From positions 25,204 to 89,203 of the forward strand of contig PDQK01000027.1 in assembly GCA_002746685.1 (NCBI GenBank): a stretch of DNA of 64,000 nt, given 5' to 3'. Of the stretch, positions 9,868 through 19,673 are shown one piece after another. Under the pieces are notes generated by a model. It made no database searches and was not told the DNA's origin. It saw nothing but the letters and a program-made list of their open reading frames with translations. Both the position numbers and the translations under genes were made by a program. Position 1 is the stretch's first letter; each line of letters begins with the position of its first letter. Origin of the DNA: Desulfobulbus propionicus. GTDB lineage: Bacteria > Desulfobacterota > Desulfobulbia > Desulfobulbales > Desulfobulbaceae.

Positions 9868-11415
9868 ATGCAAACCACACCATCACCAGCAGCAGAGGTC
9901 TTAGCCATAGTACCACAGGCAAGTACCAGGAATACATCTCAAGGGACTGCACCTGAATCAGGCGAAAGTTTTTCTTCCCATCTTGCTGCAGAAGCTGCAA
10001 CACAACGTTCACAACAGCCAAGAGACACTGCTGACCCGGTTCATCCCAAAGGACAAATACAGGGTAACGCCTCGGCAGTGAAGCAAACGAAAGAATCCGT
10101 CGATGCTGACCACACCGAAGAGGCAACAGTTACGCCGTTTCTTCCAGCCCAAGTAATGACGCAGCAGATGACGCAACAGGTGACTCAGCAGGTTACTCAG
10201 CAGATAAGCATCCTCCCGCAACAACAGCCCCGGCAAGGGGAAATGCTGCTGGAAAATGTACTCCAGGGGACTTCCAATACGGTTTCAGTAGAGCAAAGCA
10301 CCTTCCAACTTGGAAAAGAGCGTCAGGGAGCTTTACAGCAGGCCATCCCTGGAAATGATGGCGTGACCAATCAACGCCCTCTCCAGGAAAGTGGCATGAG
10401 CCCACAAAGCACCACCCAGCAGGTACAGGGCATCACAGCTGGAGTTACTCCCACAGGAACTCACCCATTGCTCAACCAATTGCACGAAGCAAATGGTGAA
10501 ACACCTGTTGTGATCCAGCAATGGTCAGCAAAGTACAGTCCAACTCAGGCTGTGCAGACAACCATCACTGAAGAAGCTGGAGCACCCCAAACTCAGGGAC
10601 AGGTTATTGCTGTGTATCAAACAGAAGAGGCTGAAGAGTTTATTCAGCGAGCAGCTCCGATACATCAAAATGGCCCGCAGCAGCCAAGGCAGCAGTTCGA
10701 GACGAATGGAAACTTTATCCAATCCCATATGCCGAACAACGCTGTACAGACGGCTTCAGGCAGCCAGACCGAGCAATCCGCAGGTGAAGAAACTGGGCAA
10801 CCCAATCAAAATGCCATAACGACTTTGCAGACTGACCAACTCAAAGCCGGAGAGGTACAGGCAGGAAAGGAAGGCCCCCAGATTCTTTTTACAACAGAGC
10901 CAGGCCAAGCAGCGACCACTACTCAAACAGCGGCAACAGTATCTCCAGCAGGTTCATTCATTAAGCTGCCATCTGGTTTTACGGTGCCCGAGGGCGCTGT
11001 GATGGATCAGGTTATCAATCATTTTTCAGCTACCCTGAAGTTAGAATCAGGAACGGTTAGCCTTAAGCTCTATCCCAAGGAACTCGGTGAACTGCAGATG
11101 GAGATTCAGGTTAAAAATGATAACATCAAGGCGCATATAACAGCTCAAAACCTGCAAGCCCAAGAAGCGCTTGACAGGCACCTCCCCCGACTCAAAGCCA
11201 CACTTGCCGAGCAGGGATTTGAGTTACGTCAGGTGGAGATCACGGTTGCTGCCAGTGATCAGTACGACGGCCAGCCTTTCCAGGAAAATCTGGAACGCCA
11301 TCAGTTGGCCCAGAGTCATACCTCAGGATCAGACAATTCATACTACAGGAGTGCAGGTGAGGAAGCAGAAGAACCACAACCTGTAGAACTGCAGGGCTTA
11401 AGCGTCACCGCGTAA
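9868..11415 (+). CDS. fliK: Hook-length control protein FliK
   Basis: Q/T/P-rich disordered region plus C-terminal LKLYPKELG...LPRLKATLAEQGF domain; upstream of flgD. Confidence 0.9.
   Translation: MQTTPSPAAEVLAIVPQASTRNTSQGTAPESGESFSSHLAAEAATQRSQQPRDTADPVHPKGQIQGNASAVKQTKESVDADHTEEATVTPFLPAQVMTQQMTQQVTQQVTQQISILPQQQPRQGEMLLENVLQGTSNTVSVEQSTFQLGKERQGALQQAIPGNDGVTNQRPLQESGMSPQSTTQQVQGITAGVTPTGTHPLLNQLHEANGETPVVIQQWSAKYSPTQAVQTTITEEAGAPQTQGQVIAVYQTEEAEEFIQRAAPIHQNGPQQPRQQFETNGNFIQSHMPNNAVQTASGSQTEQSAGEETGQPNQNAITTLQTDQLKAGEVQAGKEGPQILFTTEPGQAATTTQTAATVSPAGSFIKLPSGFTVPEGAVMDQVINHFSATLKLESGTVSLKLYPKELGELQMEIQVKNDNIKAHITAQNLQAQEALDRHLPRLKATLAEQGFELRQVEITVAASDQYDGQPFQENLERHQLAQSHTSGSDNSYYRSAGEEAEEPQPVELQGLSVTA
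10156..10203 (+). repeat. 4 x 12-bp in-frame tandem repeat (MTQQ/VTQQ) in fliK
   Basis: atgacgcagcag atgacgcaacag gtgactcagcag gttactcagcag. Confidence 0.85.
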
Positions 11416-11429
11416 CCCGGAGAATACCC

Positions 11430-12140
11430 ATGGCAACCGTTGCTGAAATAGCTCAACAAAAAACTGCAGCAGCCGCACAAGCAGCTGCCGATTTATCAGG
11501 CAACACCCTGGGCCAGCAGGATTTCCTTACTTTGCTGGTTGCACAGATGCAAAACCAGGATCCACTCAATCCTGCGGATCCAACAGAATTCACCTCACAA
11601 CTCGCCCAGTATAGTGAACTTGAACAACTCTTTAATCTCAATGATGCCATGAAAGAAGTTGCCCTGGCGCAAAACAATTCCCAGCGCATCACGGCACTTT
11701 CACTGATGGGCAAAGAAATCCTGGTAGAGGGCAACAGTTTTGAATCTAACGGAGCACCCATGGAGCTTGGTTATCGAATTAATGGTACGGTCGTTGATGC
11801 CAGCCTGGAGATCCGGGACAGTACAGGCAAAACCGTTGCTGAGCTGGATGTTGATTCGTATGCAAGTGGTAACCATTCTCTCACCTGGGATGGAAAAGGC
11901 AGCGACGGCAGCGACCTTGAACCGGGTACCTACACTATCATTGCTCACGCAGTAAAAGGAGAAAATGATACGAGTTCTTATATTATCCCCCTGGTTCGTT
12001 CCGAAGTCACCGGAGTGAACCTGGAAGGGACCGCACCATTAATCGTAACAGACATCGGTGAATATAAAGTTGATACTATTTATGGTGCATTTGATCAGGA
12101 GCCGAAAGCGACTACAGCTCCTTCTGAAACCGGAACGTAA
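11430..12140 (+). CDS. flgD: Hook capping protein FlgD
   Basis: FLTLLVAQMQNQDPLNP, QLAQYS, WDGK...G.Y. Confidence 0.97.
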   Translation: MATVAEIAQQKTAAAAQAAADLSGNTLGQQDFLTLLVAQMQNQDPLNPADPTEFTSQLAQYSELEQLFNLNDAMKEVALAQNNSQRITALSLMGKEILVEGNSFESNGAPMELGYRINGTVVDASLEIRDSTGKTVAELDVDSYASGNHSLTWDGKGSDGSDLEPGTYTIIAHAVKGENDTSSYIIPLVRSEVTGVNLEGTAPLIVTDIGEYKVDTIYGAFDQEPKATTAPSETGT

Positions 12141-12360
12141 CCTGAAGCAGAGCATTCAGCGGATGATGCCGCTTCAGGAAGGTACAATCAGGTACAAAAG
12201 TATTTGTTAGAGCAGTACAGCAGTAAAAAATGATCTCTGCAGCAACGGACGGCGCGGGGATAATTGGCAGTGAAGCAGCGCAACACAACATAAACAATCG
12301 CTGTTTTTTCACCACCCTGTTATCAACTACCCACTTTTTTAACCCACGCAGGAGGTTGCA

Positions 12361-13734
12361 ATGGGCATTACAAGTGCAATGTTTAGTGGAGTCAGTGGAC
12401 TCAACACCAACTCCCAAGCCATGAGTGTTATCGGTAACAACCTGGCCAATACCAACACCCTAGGTTTTAAAGGGGCTAGATCCGTTTTTTCAGACCTCCT
12501 TTCCAGCAATGTTTTCAGTTCCGGCGGCGGCTCACAGGTTGGTCGTGGGGTTGGCCTCTCAATCATTGATAATGTTTTCAGTCAAGGTACCTTTGAAACC
12601 ACCACTTCAGACACTGATGTTGCCGTTGAGGGAGAGGGTTTTTTTGTTGTCAGTGCTCAGGGAGATGATACAAATTACTTCACCCGTGCTGGTGCCTTTC
12701 GCTTTAATCGAGATGGATACCTCGTTAACCCGCAAGGCTACATTGTCCAGGGGAAACAGTTTGATGACACTGGAGAATTGGAGGTTGGAGACCCATCTGA
12801 CATACAAGTTGCCAACCTGGGCTTAATTGCAGGTAATGCGAGTGAAAACATTACCTTTAACACTAACCTGGATGCCCAGACCAATCAAATCGACCTTACT
12901 GCAAATCCAAATATTGTCGTTGCTGATCGTGCAACCTATAATTATTCAGGTTCCAGTCAAATTTATGATTCTTTAGGAGAATCTCATCTGATTACAGTTT
13001 ACTGGCGGATGACAGATGCTACTGCTAACACGTGGCAGATTGGTTACACCATAGACGGGGTAGGAGAAGTTGACGGGGCTGGAAATCCAACAGGGAATGC
13101 CCTCTGGTTCAACGGAGGTGCCCTTGACACGCTCAGTTTTGATGAGAGAGGACAGATAGATACAAATAACGATAATAACTTTGCAGATAATAACGGCAAT
13201 GGTGTTTTTGATGAAGGCGTAGATGAATATCTTGGGGCTGACGCCCCTCTTGCACTGACAATTACTAATCTGAATTTTAATAATGGTTCGGAATTGCAGG
13301 ATATTACTATCAATTTTGACTGTACTCAATTTGATAGTGAATCTATAGTAATTGGCACCAATCAAGATGGTTACGGTGCAGGTGAACTCACTAATATTGC
13401 CATTGCTGAAGATGGTATTGTTGTCGCTTCCTATTCAAATGGAGAACAAAAAAATATAGCCCAGCTTGTGTTGGCAAAATTTCAGAATGCAGGCGGACTT
13501 GCTTTAGCAGGAAGCAATCTCTATAAAGAAACAAACACCTCCGGCACAGTACGTATTGGGCTTGCCGGTGCCGAGCTAGGCACCATATACACAAACTCCC
13601 TTGAGCAATCAAATGTTGACATGGGCCAGGAGTTTGTAAAAATGATCACTACCCAGCGTGGTTTTCAGGCCAACTCAAAAATTATCTCAACTGTTGACGA
13701 AATGCTCAGTGAATTGATTAACTTGAAGCGTTAA
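12361..13734 (+). CDS. flgE: Flagellar hook protein FlgE
   Basis: IGNNLANTNTLGFK, FTRAGAF, LEQSNVDMGQEFVKMITTQRGFQAN. Confidence 0.97.
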   Translation: MGITSAMFSGVSGLNTNSQAMSVIGNNLANTNTLGFKGARSVFSDLLSSNVFSSGGGSQVGRGVGLSIIDNVFSQGTFETTTSDTDVAVEGEGFFVVSAQGDDTNYFTRAGAFRFNRDGYLVNPQGYIVQGKQFDDTGELEVGDPSDIQVANLGLIAGNASENITFNTNLDAQTNQIDLTANPNIVVADRATYNYSGSSQIYDSLGESHLITVYWRMTDATANTWQIGYTIDGVGEVDGAGNPTGNALWFNGGALDTLSFDERGQIDTNNDNNFADNNGNGVFDEGVDEYLGADAPLALTITNLNFNNGSELQDITINFDCTQFDSESIVIGTNQDGYGAGELTNIAIAEDGIVVASYSNGEQKNIAQLVLAKFQNAGGLALAGSNLYKETNTSGTVRIGLAGAELGTIYTNSLEQSNVDMGQEFVKMITTQRGFQANSKIISTVDEMLSELINLKR

Positions 13735-13750
13735 CGGCCTTATCAACTGC

Positions 13751-13764
13751 GTCAACTTTATGAC
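13751..13764. promoter_or_regulatory. Putative FleQ/FlrA-type enhancer box
   Basis: GTCA-ACTTTA-TGAC with exactly inverted half-sites, about 110 bp upstream of the motA sigma54 box. Confidence 0.5.
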
Positions 13765-13769
13765 TTAGC

Positions 13770-13806
13770 ACCGCACTTTCCGCTCTGGAAGTGCGGTTTG
13801 TATTTT
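13770..13806 (+). terminator. Rho-independent terminator after flgE
   Basis: ACCGCACTT(T)CC-gctct-GGAAGTGCGGT followed by a T-rich tract. Confidence 0.7.
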
Positions 13807-13868
13807 CTTGCACCCGTTTTCCCTGCCTAACATCCTTTAGCAGCACCCTTTTAACGAACAATTCGCTT

Positions 13869-13884
13869 TGGCTTTCTTTTTGCA
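13869..13884 (+). promoter_or_regulatory. Sigma54 promoter upstream of motA
   Basis: TGGCTTTCTTTTTGCA = TGGC-N7-TTGCA. Confidence 0.6.
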
Positions 13885-13970
13885 TTCTTGTATTTATTGG
13901 GTGGATTAAGTACCATTCTATTATCATCTTTAATTTGAATTATTAACCCTCACGTATCAGGAAACTACGC

Positions 13971-14735
13971 GTGGATATCGCAACCATAATAGGTACAGTT
14001 GTAGCATTTGGTCTCATGCTGATGGCCATTCTCCAAGGTGGGGGAATTGGCATGTTCATCGATGTGCCGTCAATGCTCATCGTTTTTGGTGGAACAGCAG
14101 GCGTTGCACTTATTAATTTTCCCCTTGGGGATGTGATCAGTGCAATCAGTATTGCCCAAAAAACCGTCCTTATCAAAGAGGCAAACACCAATGAACTCAT
14201 TGCTCAACTCATGGAGTTTGCCAATAAAGCCAGAAAAGAGGGGATCCTTTCGTTACAGGGCTCCATAGATACTGTTGAAGATCAATTTCTGGTCAAGGCT
14301 CTTCAGATGGCCGTGGACGGGCAGGAGCCGGACGACCTGAAAGCAATGCTCAACACAGAAATTGATTATATCCAGGAAAGGCATAGCATGGGTGCGGAGA
14401 TTTTTGTTTCACTGGGTATGATATCCCCAGCCATGGGGATGGTTGGTACCCTGATCGGACTGGTACAAATGCTCCAGAACATGAGTGACCCTTCCTCCAT
14501 TGGACCTGCTATGGCGGTTGCACTGCTCACCACCTTCTATGGTGCAGTCCTTGCCAACATTCTCTTTAATCCCATGGCGGGAAAACTCAAAACAAGATCA
14601 AAAACTGAACTGCTCCAAAAAACAGTCATTGTTGAAGGCATGGAATCCATCCTTTCTGGAGAGAATCCAAGAGTAATGGAGCAAAAACTTCATGCGTATA
14701 TTGCTCCGAAACAAAGAGAATCTGTTTTTCAATAA
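13971..14735 (+). CDS. motA: Stator protein MotA/PomA
   Basis: ARKEGILSL, PAMGMVGTLIGLV, AVALLTTFYG, GENPR. Confidence 0.95.
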   Translation: MDIATIIGTVVAFGLMLMAILQGGGIGMFIDVPSMLIVFGGTAGVALINFPLGDVISAISIAQKTVLIKEANTNELIAQLMEFANKARKEGILSLQGSIDTVEDQFLVKALQMAVDGQEPDDLKAMLNTEIDYIQERHSMGAEIFVSLGMISPAMGMVGTLIGLVQMLQNMSDPSSIGPAMAVALLTTFYGAVLANILFNPMAGKLKTRSKTELLQKTVIVEGMESILSGENPRVMEQKLHAYIAPKQRESVFQ

Positions 14736-14754
14736 GCGATAGGACAGAGAATCC

Positions 14755-15501
14755 ATGGCAAAAAAACAAGAAGAATGTCCACCTGGTGCCCCCTTATGGA
14801 TGACCACCTTTAGTGACCTGGTAACGCTTCTACTCACCTTTTTTGTTTTGTTGCTCTCCATGGCCAGCATGGACCCGGTGAAGTTTGTCCAGGCAAAGAC
14901 CTCCATTAAAGATACCTTTGGCTGGCGCACTACGGCAGCACCAAAGAAATTCACCATACCTGTACTCCCCTCCCCGCCTGAGTCCAAATTTACCCCTATT
15001 CCAAGAGAAACGAAGATGACCTATTTCAAGCGGGTGAAAAATGACCTGGAGCTGACCAAGCTCATGGACCAGGTTCAGGCTGTACAGCGAGACGATGACT
15101 CTATTGTGCTCCGCATCAAAGACTCCATCCTCTTTGATAAGGGGAAAACCACCTTAATGCCATCGTCATATCCATTACTGAGAAAGATTGCAGACATTGT
15201 CCGACCTCTGCCCATGACCATGCGGATTGAAGGACACACCGATGATACCCCAACCAGCCTGCCTGCCACCACGAACTGGGACATCTCTGTTGCGCGTGCT
15301 GTTTCGGTGATGCGATTCTACAACCGGGGGCAGATTTTTTCCATTGATCGAATGGCAGCTGTCGGCTATGGCCCTTCCAGACCCCTGGTTGCGAACACCA
15401 GTGAGTCTAATCGCGCAAAAAACAGGAGGGTCGAGTTTATCCTCAAGAGCAATCGCAAGGTGGATCAGTTCAACCGCCCAACAAGCAAGGTACCTTTTTA
15501 G
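14755..15501 (+). CDS. motB: Stator protein MotB/PomB
   Basis: WMTTFSDLVTLLLTFFVLL TM with conserved Asp; OmpA-like IEGHTD, NWDISVARA, NRRVE. Confidence 0.95.
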   Translation: MAKKQEECPPGAPLWMTTFSDLVTLLLTFFVLLLSMASMDPVKFVQAKTSIKDTFGWRTTAAPKKFTIPVLPSPPESKFTPIPRETKMTYFKRVKNDLELTKLMDQVQAVQRDDDSIVLRIKDSILFDKGKTTLMPSSYPLLRKIADIVRPLPMTMRIEGHTDDTPTSLPATTNWDISVARAVSVMRFYNRGQIFSIDRMAAVGYGPSRPLVANTSESNRAKNRRVEFILKSNRKVDQFNRPTSKVPF

Positions 15502-15535
15502 ACGAGCATCAATCACAGCACAAAAGGAAAAAACC

Positions 15536-16048
15536 ATGGCAGAAAAAGACGCCAATGCTCCTCAGGAAGAGGAAGAAGGTAAAGGAAAAAAGAAACGTAT
15601 TATCATCATTATAGCGGCAGTACTTGTATTGCTTATCGGAGGAGGGGCTGCGGTCTATTTCCTGTTTCTGAAAAAGGATCCACCTCCTGTAGAAGAGCCT
15701 AATGAACAGGCAGCGTTAATCCAGCCAGTGGAGAACTCCGATGAATTTGGCCCAACAGTTACCATTGATGAGTTCATTGTTAATATCATTAGTGAGGATA
15801 CGGCCCATTATGTGAAGGCATCGCTCTCCCTTGAAATGAGTAATGAAGATGTTCTGGAAGAAGCCAAAAAGCGGATGCCGCAAATCCGTGATGCAGTGCT
15901 CCTGCTTATTGGCAATAAAACGTTTGAAGAACTGCAGGATTTACAGGGGAAAAAGCAGGTTAAGGCTGAGATAAAAAACAAGATCAATTCTTTTTTAAAA
16001 ACCGGGAAAGTTAAAAATATCTTTTTAACCGACTTTGTGGTCCAGTAA
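15536..16048 (+). CDS. fliL: Flagellar protein FliL
   Basis: Single TM, FIVNI, PQIRDAV, IFLTDFVVQ; start reassigned to ATG 15536. Confidence 0.93.
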   Translation: MAEKDANAPQEEEEGKGKKKRIIIIIAAVLVLLIGGGAAVYFLFLKKDPPPVEEPNEQAALIQPVENSDEFGPTVTIDEFIVNIISEDTAHYVKASLSLEMSNEDVLEEAKKRMPQIRDAVLLLIGNKTFEELQDLQGKKQVKAEIKNKINSFLKTGKVKNIFLTDFVVQ

Positions 16049-16050
16049 TT

Positions 16051-17079
16051 ATGGAACCGATTTTAAGTAAAGATGAAATAGCTGATCTGCTTTCAGCGAT
16101 TAAATCTGGTGACATTTCCACAGACCTTGATGAGGGCAAATTCTCTCAAGCACCTCGTTTTCTGCTGGCAAAAGACCTTGACCTTTTCCAGGTCTACCTG
16201 CGGGCCGGGAAAAGCGGAGAGGCGCGTATCCCCAACTTTGATATCATTGTGGATATGTTCTCGCGCAATTTCAGTTCCAGTCAAACCAATGCCTTGCAAC
16301 GCTCATTTAGCGTTGAACGAGTGGATATCACATCCACGACCTTTGAGCAATCCATTCTCAACCTTAACAATCAGGGTGCGGTTGGCATCTTCAATACTGA
16401 CCCACTCAGATATGGGTGCCTCTTTCACTTTGATATCGCCATGTCCTTTGCACTTTTGGAAATGATGCTTGGCTCCTCAACGGAAAGCGACTCGGTTACC
16501 CCAAACCGTACCCTCACCGCAATTGAGATCAGCATCCTGCAAAACACCATGCGGGGTATCGCAAAGGATATGCAAAAAGCATTTGTACCCATAACCGAAA
16601 TATCACCCAGTTTAACAAAAATTGAGAACAATTTCAGGTTGGTCAATATCGTTGAATCGGACACAGAGGTGCTGGTGACCACCTTCCGGGTTACCCTGGC
16701 AGGAGAACCTGCAGGTCAGATGCAATTTATCATTCCTTATCTAACCATTGAGCCATACCGGGAAGCGTTCAAAGATATGGTTACCGTCACCCAGGCAGCT
16801 TATGGCTGGCGCAAGACCTTTGCTACTGAGGCCAGTGAAATGGAATGTGCGGTTATAGCCCGCTCAGGGCTGTTAAATATGACCATCAGAAAAATCCTTA
16901 AGCTCCAGGCTGGCGACATCATTGAATTAGGCTACGACCCTGATCGACCGCTGCAGATAATGGTGGAAGACCAGCCAAAATTCTTTGCCATCCCTGGTGA
17001 ACGGAACGGGAAAAAAGCATTTCATATAACCAAAAAGTACAACAATAGCAGGCTTGGAGAGATGAATGGAACAAACTGA
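16051..17079 (+). CDS. fliM: Motor switch protein FliM
   Basis: ILSKDEIADLL CheY-binding peptide, MLG middle domain, C-terminal SpoA-like domain. Confidence 0.93.
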   Translation: MEPILSKDEIADLLSAIKSGDISTDLDEGKFSQAPRFLLAKDLDLFQVYLRAGKSGEARIPNFDIIVDMFSRNFSSSQTNALQRSFSVERVDITSTTFEQSILNLNNQGAVGIFNTDPLRYGCLFHFDIAMSFALLEMMLGSSTESDSVTPNRTLTAIEISILQNTMRGIAKDMQKAFVPITEISPSLTKIENNFRLVNIVESDTEVLVTTFRVTLAGEPAGQMQFIIPYLTIEPYREAFKDMVTVTQAAYGWRKTFATEASEMECAVIARSGLLNMTIRKILKLQAGDIIELGYDPDRPLQIMVEDQPKFFAIPGERNGKKAFHITKKYNNSRLGEMNGTN

Positions 17080-17446
17080 AAACACGGCTCCTCCAGTACC
17101 GGAAAGCACCTTAAACCCTGAAGAGACAGCTGATCTGCTTGAAGAGGCACCCAAAGCCAAGTCCAGTCCCAATCCAGCCCACACATCAAGGGATATGGAG
17201 TTTTTGTTTGATGTACCGCTGCAGGTCTCGGTGGAGGTGGGGCGAACGAAAATCCTGCTCAAAGACCTCCTGCAGATGGGTGAAGGCTATGTGGTGGAGC
17301 TGGATAAGCTGGCTGGTGACCCGCTTGACCTCTATGTCAATTCACGGCTCATAGCCCGTGGGGAAGCCGTTAAAGTTGGTGATAAATTTGGTATCAAACT
17401 CACAGAGGTGGTGAGCCAGTCTGACAGATTGGAGCAGTTGGGGTAA
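17066..17446 (+). CDS. fliN: Motor switch protein FliN
   Basis: DVPLQVSVEVG, VELDKLAGDPL, IARGEAV. Confidence 0.95.
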   Translation: MEQTENTAPPVPESTLNPEETADLLEEAPKAKSSPNPAHTSRDMEFLFDVPLQVSVEVGRTKILLKDLLQMGEGYVVELDKLAGDPLDLYVNSRLIARGEAVKVGDKFGIKLTEVVSQSDRLEQLG

Positions 17447-17450
17447 AACC

Positions 17451-17822
17451 GTGCGCCTTTTCTTGGTCATAGCAGTTGCTGGCATACTCTTCCCGACGCA
17501 CTCGTGGAGTAGTGAGGCGACCTCAATGGGTGGCATGGTTATGAAAATGACCTGGGCACTTGCTGTGGTGGCTGGTCTTATTCTTATCCTGTATGGACTT
17601 GCCAGGAAAAAGATGGGCTACACAAACTCGCCAACCAGCCGTATTAAGGTACTTGAGATGCGCCCGCTGATGCCTAAAAACACCCTTGCACTTGTTGAAG
17701 TGGAGAAGAAGCAGGTTTTACTTGGTATAAGCCCCAGTGGTATCCAGATGCTTGCAGAGCTGCCAACAGCAAACACGGCTCAGAAACCTTTCAAAGACGT
17801 TCTCCAGGAAAATGAAAGGTAA
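17451..17822 (+). CDS. fliO: Flagellar biogenesis protein FliO
   Basis: TM then IKVLE..PL.PK..LALVEV...VLLGIS; between fliN and fliP. Confidence 0.85.
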   Translation: MRLFLVIAVAGILFPTHSWSSEATSMGGMVMKMTWALAVVAGLILILYGLARKKMGYTNSPTSRIKVLEMRPLMPKNTLALVEVEKKQVLLGISPSGIQMLAELPTANTAQKPFKDVLQENER

Positions 17823-18555
17823 AATTGTACTCTTCTCACTCCTGTTACTGACGCTGGCCCAGACATGCGGCGCAGTCACTATGCCCTCGCTGAACATAGG
17901 GGTTACAGAGGCTTCCACGCCAGAAGAAGTCTCCACCGGGCTGCAGATTTTATTTCTGCTGACTGTTCTTTCCGTTGCTCCAGCCATCCTCCTCATGACC
18001 ACCGCTTTTACCCGGATTGTGATCGTGCTTGGCTTTATCCGCCAGGCCATGGGGACTCAAAATACCCCTCCAAACCAGATCATTATCGGGATGGCACTCT
18101 TTTTGACCTTTTTCATTATGGCTCCAGCCATCAACACAATCAACAACGATGCTTTGCAGCCTTTTATGAACAAACAGATCAACCAGCAGCAGGCACTTGA
18201 AAAGGCGGTTGATGTAATGCGCGACTTCATGTTTACCCAGGTGCGAGAAGAGGAGCTGCAACTTTTCATTGATATCACTGAAGAGGAACAACCAGAGGAT
18301 AAAAAAGATATCTCCACCATGATTCTTATCCCAGCCTTCATGCTCTCAGAGCTGAAAACCGCTTTCCAGATGGGATTTATGATCTATGTCCCCTTTCTGG
18401 TGATCGATATGCTGGTGGCTTCGGTACTGATGTCCATGGGGATGATGATGCTGCCGCCCATCGTTATTTCACTCCCCTTTAAACTGCTTTTATTTGTACT
18501 GGTGGACGGCTGGCAACTGGTGGTTGGGTCACTGATGAAAAGTTTTGGTGCATAA
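17812..18555 (+). CDS. fliP: Export gate protein FliP
   Basis: TAFTRIVIVL, PPNQI, PAFMLSEL, MGMMMLPP; start at ATG 17812. Confidence 0.97.
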   Translation: MKGKIVLFSLLLLTLAQTCGAVTMPSLNIGVTEASTPEEVSTGLQILFLLTVLSVAPAILLMTTAFTRIVIVLGFIRQAMGTQNTPPNQIIIGMALFLTFFIMAPAINTINNDALQPFMNKQINQQQALEKAVDVMRDFMFTQVREEELQLFIDITEEEQPEDKKDISTMILIPAFMLSELKTAFQMGFMIYVPFLVIDMLVASVLMSMGMMMLPPIVISLPFKLLLFVLVDGWQLVVGSLMKSFGA

Positions 18556-18573
18556 CACAGGGGAGCAAACAAG

Positions 18574-18843
18574 ATGAGTCCTGAAAACGTTGTCCATATT
18601 GGTAGAAAGGCTGTGGAAACCATTCTTTTAACCGCAGCACCAATGCTGATTGTTGCCATGGTCGTTGGTTTGGTGATCAGTATTTTCCAGGCTGCAACCC
18701 AGATTAATGAGCAGACCATGACCTTTATCCCCAAGATTGTAGCAGTTTTTGTCACCCTGCTGATCTTTGGCCCGTGGATCATGAACCTGCTGATTACCTT
18801 TACCACCGGTATCATGACTGATATTGCTACAGTGGGCAGGTAG
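18574..18843 (+). CDS. fliQ: Export gate protein FliQ
   Basis: FQAATQINEQTMTFIPK. Confidence 0.97.
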   Translation: MSPENVVHIGRKAVETILLTAAPMLIVAMVVGLVISIFQAATQINEQTMTFIPKIVAVFVTLLIFGPWIMNLLITFTTGIMTDIATVGR

Positions 18844-18890
18844 CATGAAAACGTCTGGTTGAGTCCAGGATTTCCATTCCAGAAAAGACA

Positions 18891-19673
18891 ATGGATATCC
18901 AGCTCATCCCCTTAGACCAGTTCCAGAATTTCCTGCTCTGCCTTTCCAGGGTACTTGCCCTGCTGATTGCAATACCAGTCTTTGCCGGTTCGCAGCTTGC
19001 CAACCGAATCAAAATCGGCCTGGCTGTGGCCACAGCGCTGCTCCTTTTTCCAGCCATGGCTCCCCATGCACCACAGCAGATCCAATCCATGCTTGAATTG
19101 GGTATTCTGCTGCTAAATGAAGTGATACTCGGCGCACTGATTGGCCTGACAGCACAGCTCATTTTTACCGGAGTGAGCTTTGGCGGTACCGTAATTGGCT
19201 ATCAGATGGGATTTGCTGCTGCCAATATCTTTGACCCGCAAACCACCCAGCAGCTGTCTTTGATGAGCCAGTTCATCAACATCTTTGCTCTGCTCATCTT
19301 CATAACTATTAATGGACACCACTTCTTTTTCCAGGCTATTCTGGAGTCATATGCAATCCTTCCTCCGGGATATCTTGATTTCTCAACTGGAGTGGTCCCT
19401 AAACTCATGGAGCTGGGTAATCATATGTTCATCCTCGGGGTGAAATTCAGTGCTCCAATCCTGGCTTTGCTGTTACTCTCCAACCTGGTGTTGGGAATTC
19501 TAGCCAGGGTCTTTCCCCAGCTCAATGTCTTCATGCTTTCCTTCCCCATGAACATCGGCATTGCATTTGTTGTCATTGGTTTGACACTTAACGCAGCTCT
19601 CATCATCCTGCGCCGTGAATTCGACACACTCAACTACAACATAATGGAATTCTTCACTCTTTTCAGAGGATAA
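18891..19673 (+). CDS. fliR: Export gate protein FliR
   Basis: QMGFAAANIFDP, ARVFPQLNVF. Confidence 0.95.
   Translation: MDIQLIPLDQFQNFLLCLSRVLALLIAIPVFAGSQLANRIKIGLAVATALLLFPAMAPHAPQQIQSMLELGILLLNEVILGALIGLTAQLIFTGVSFGGTVIGYQMGFAAANIFDPQTTQQLSLMSQFINIFALLIFITINGHHFFFQAILESYAILPPGYLDFSTGVVPKLMELGNHMFILGVKFSAPILALLLLSNLVLGILARVFPQLNVFMLSFPMNIGIAFVVIGLTLNAALIILRREFDTLNYNIMEFFTLFRG

Noticed and set aside
12265-12280. TGGCAGTGAAGCAGC as an internal sigma54 promoter for flgE, and ORF 12230..12424
   Set aside because: GG-N10-GC spacing fits but the TT before GC is missing; the ORF overlaps flgE out of frame
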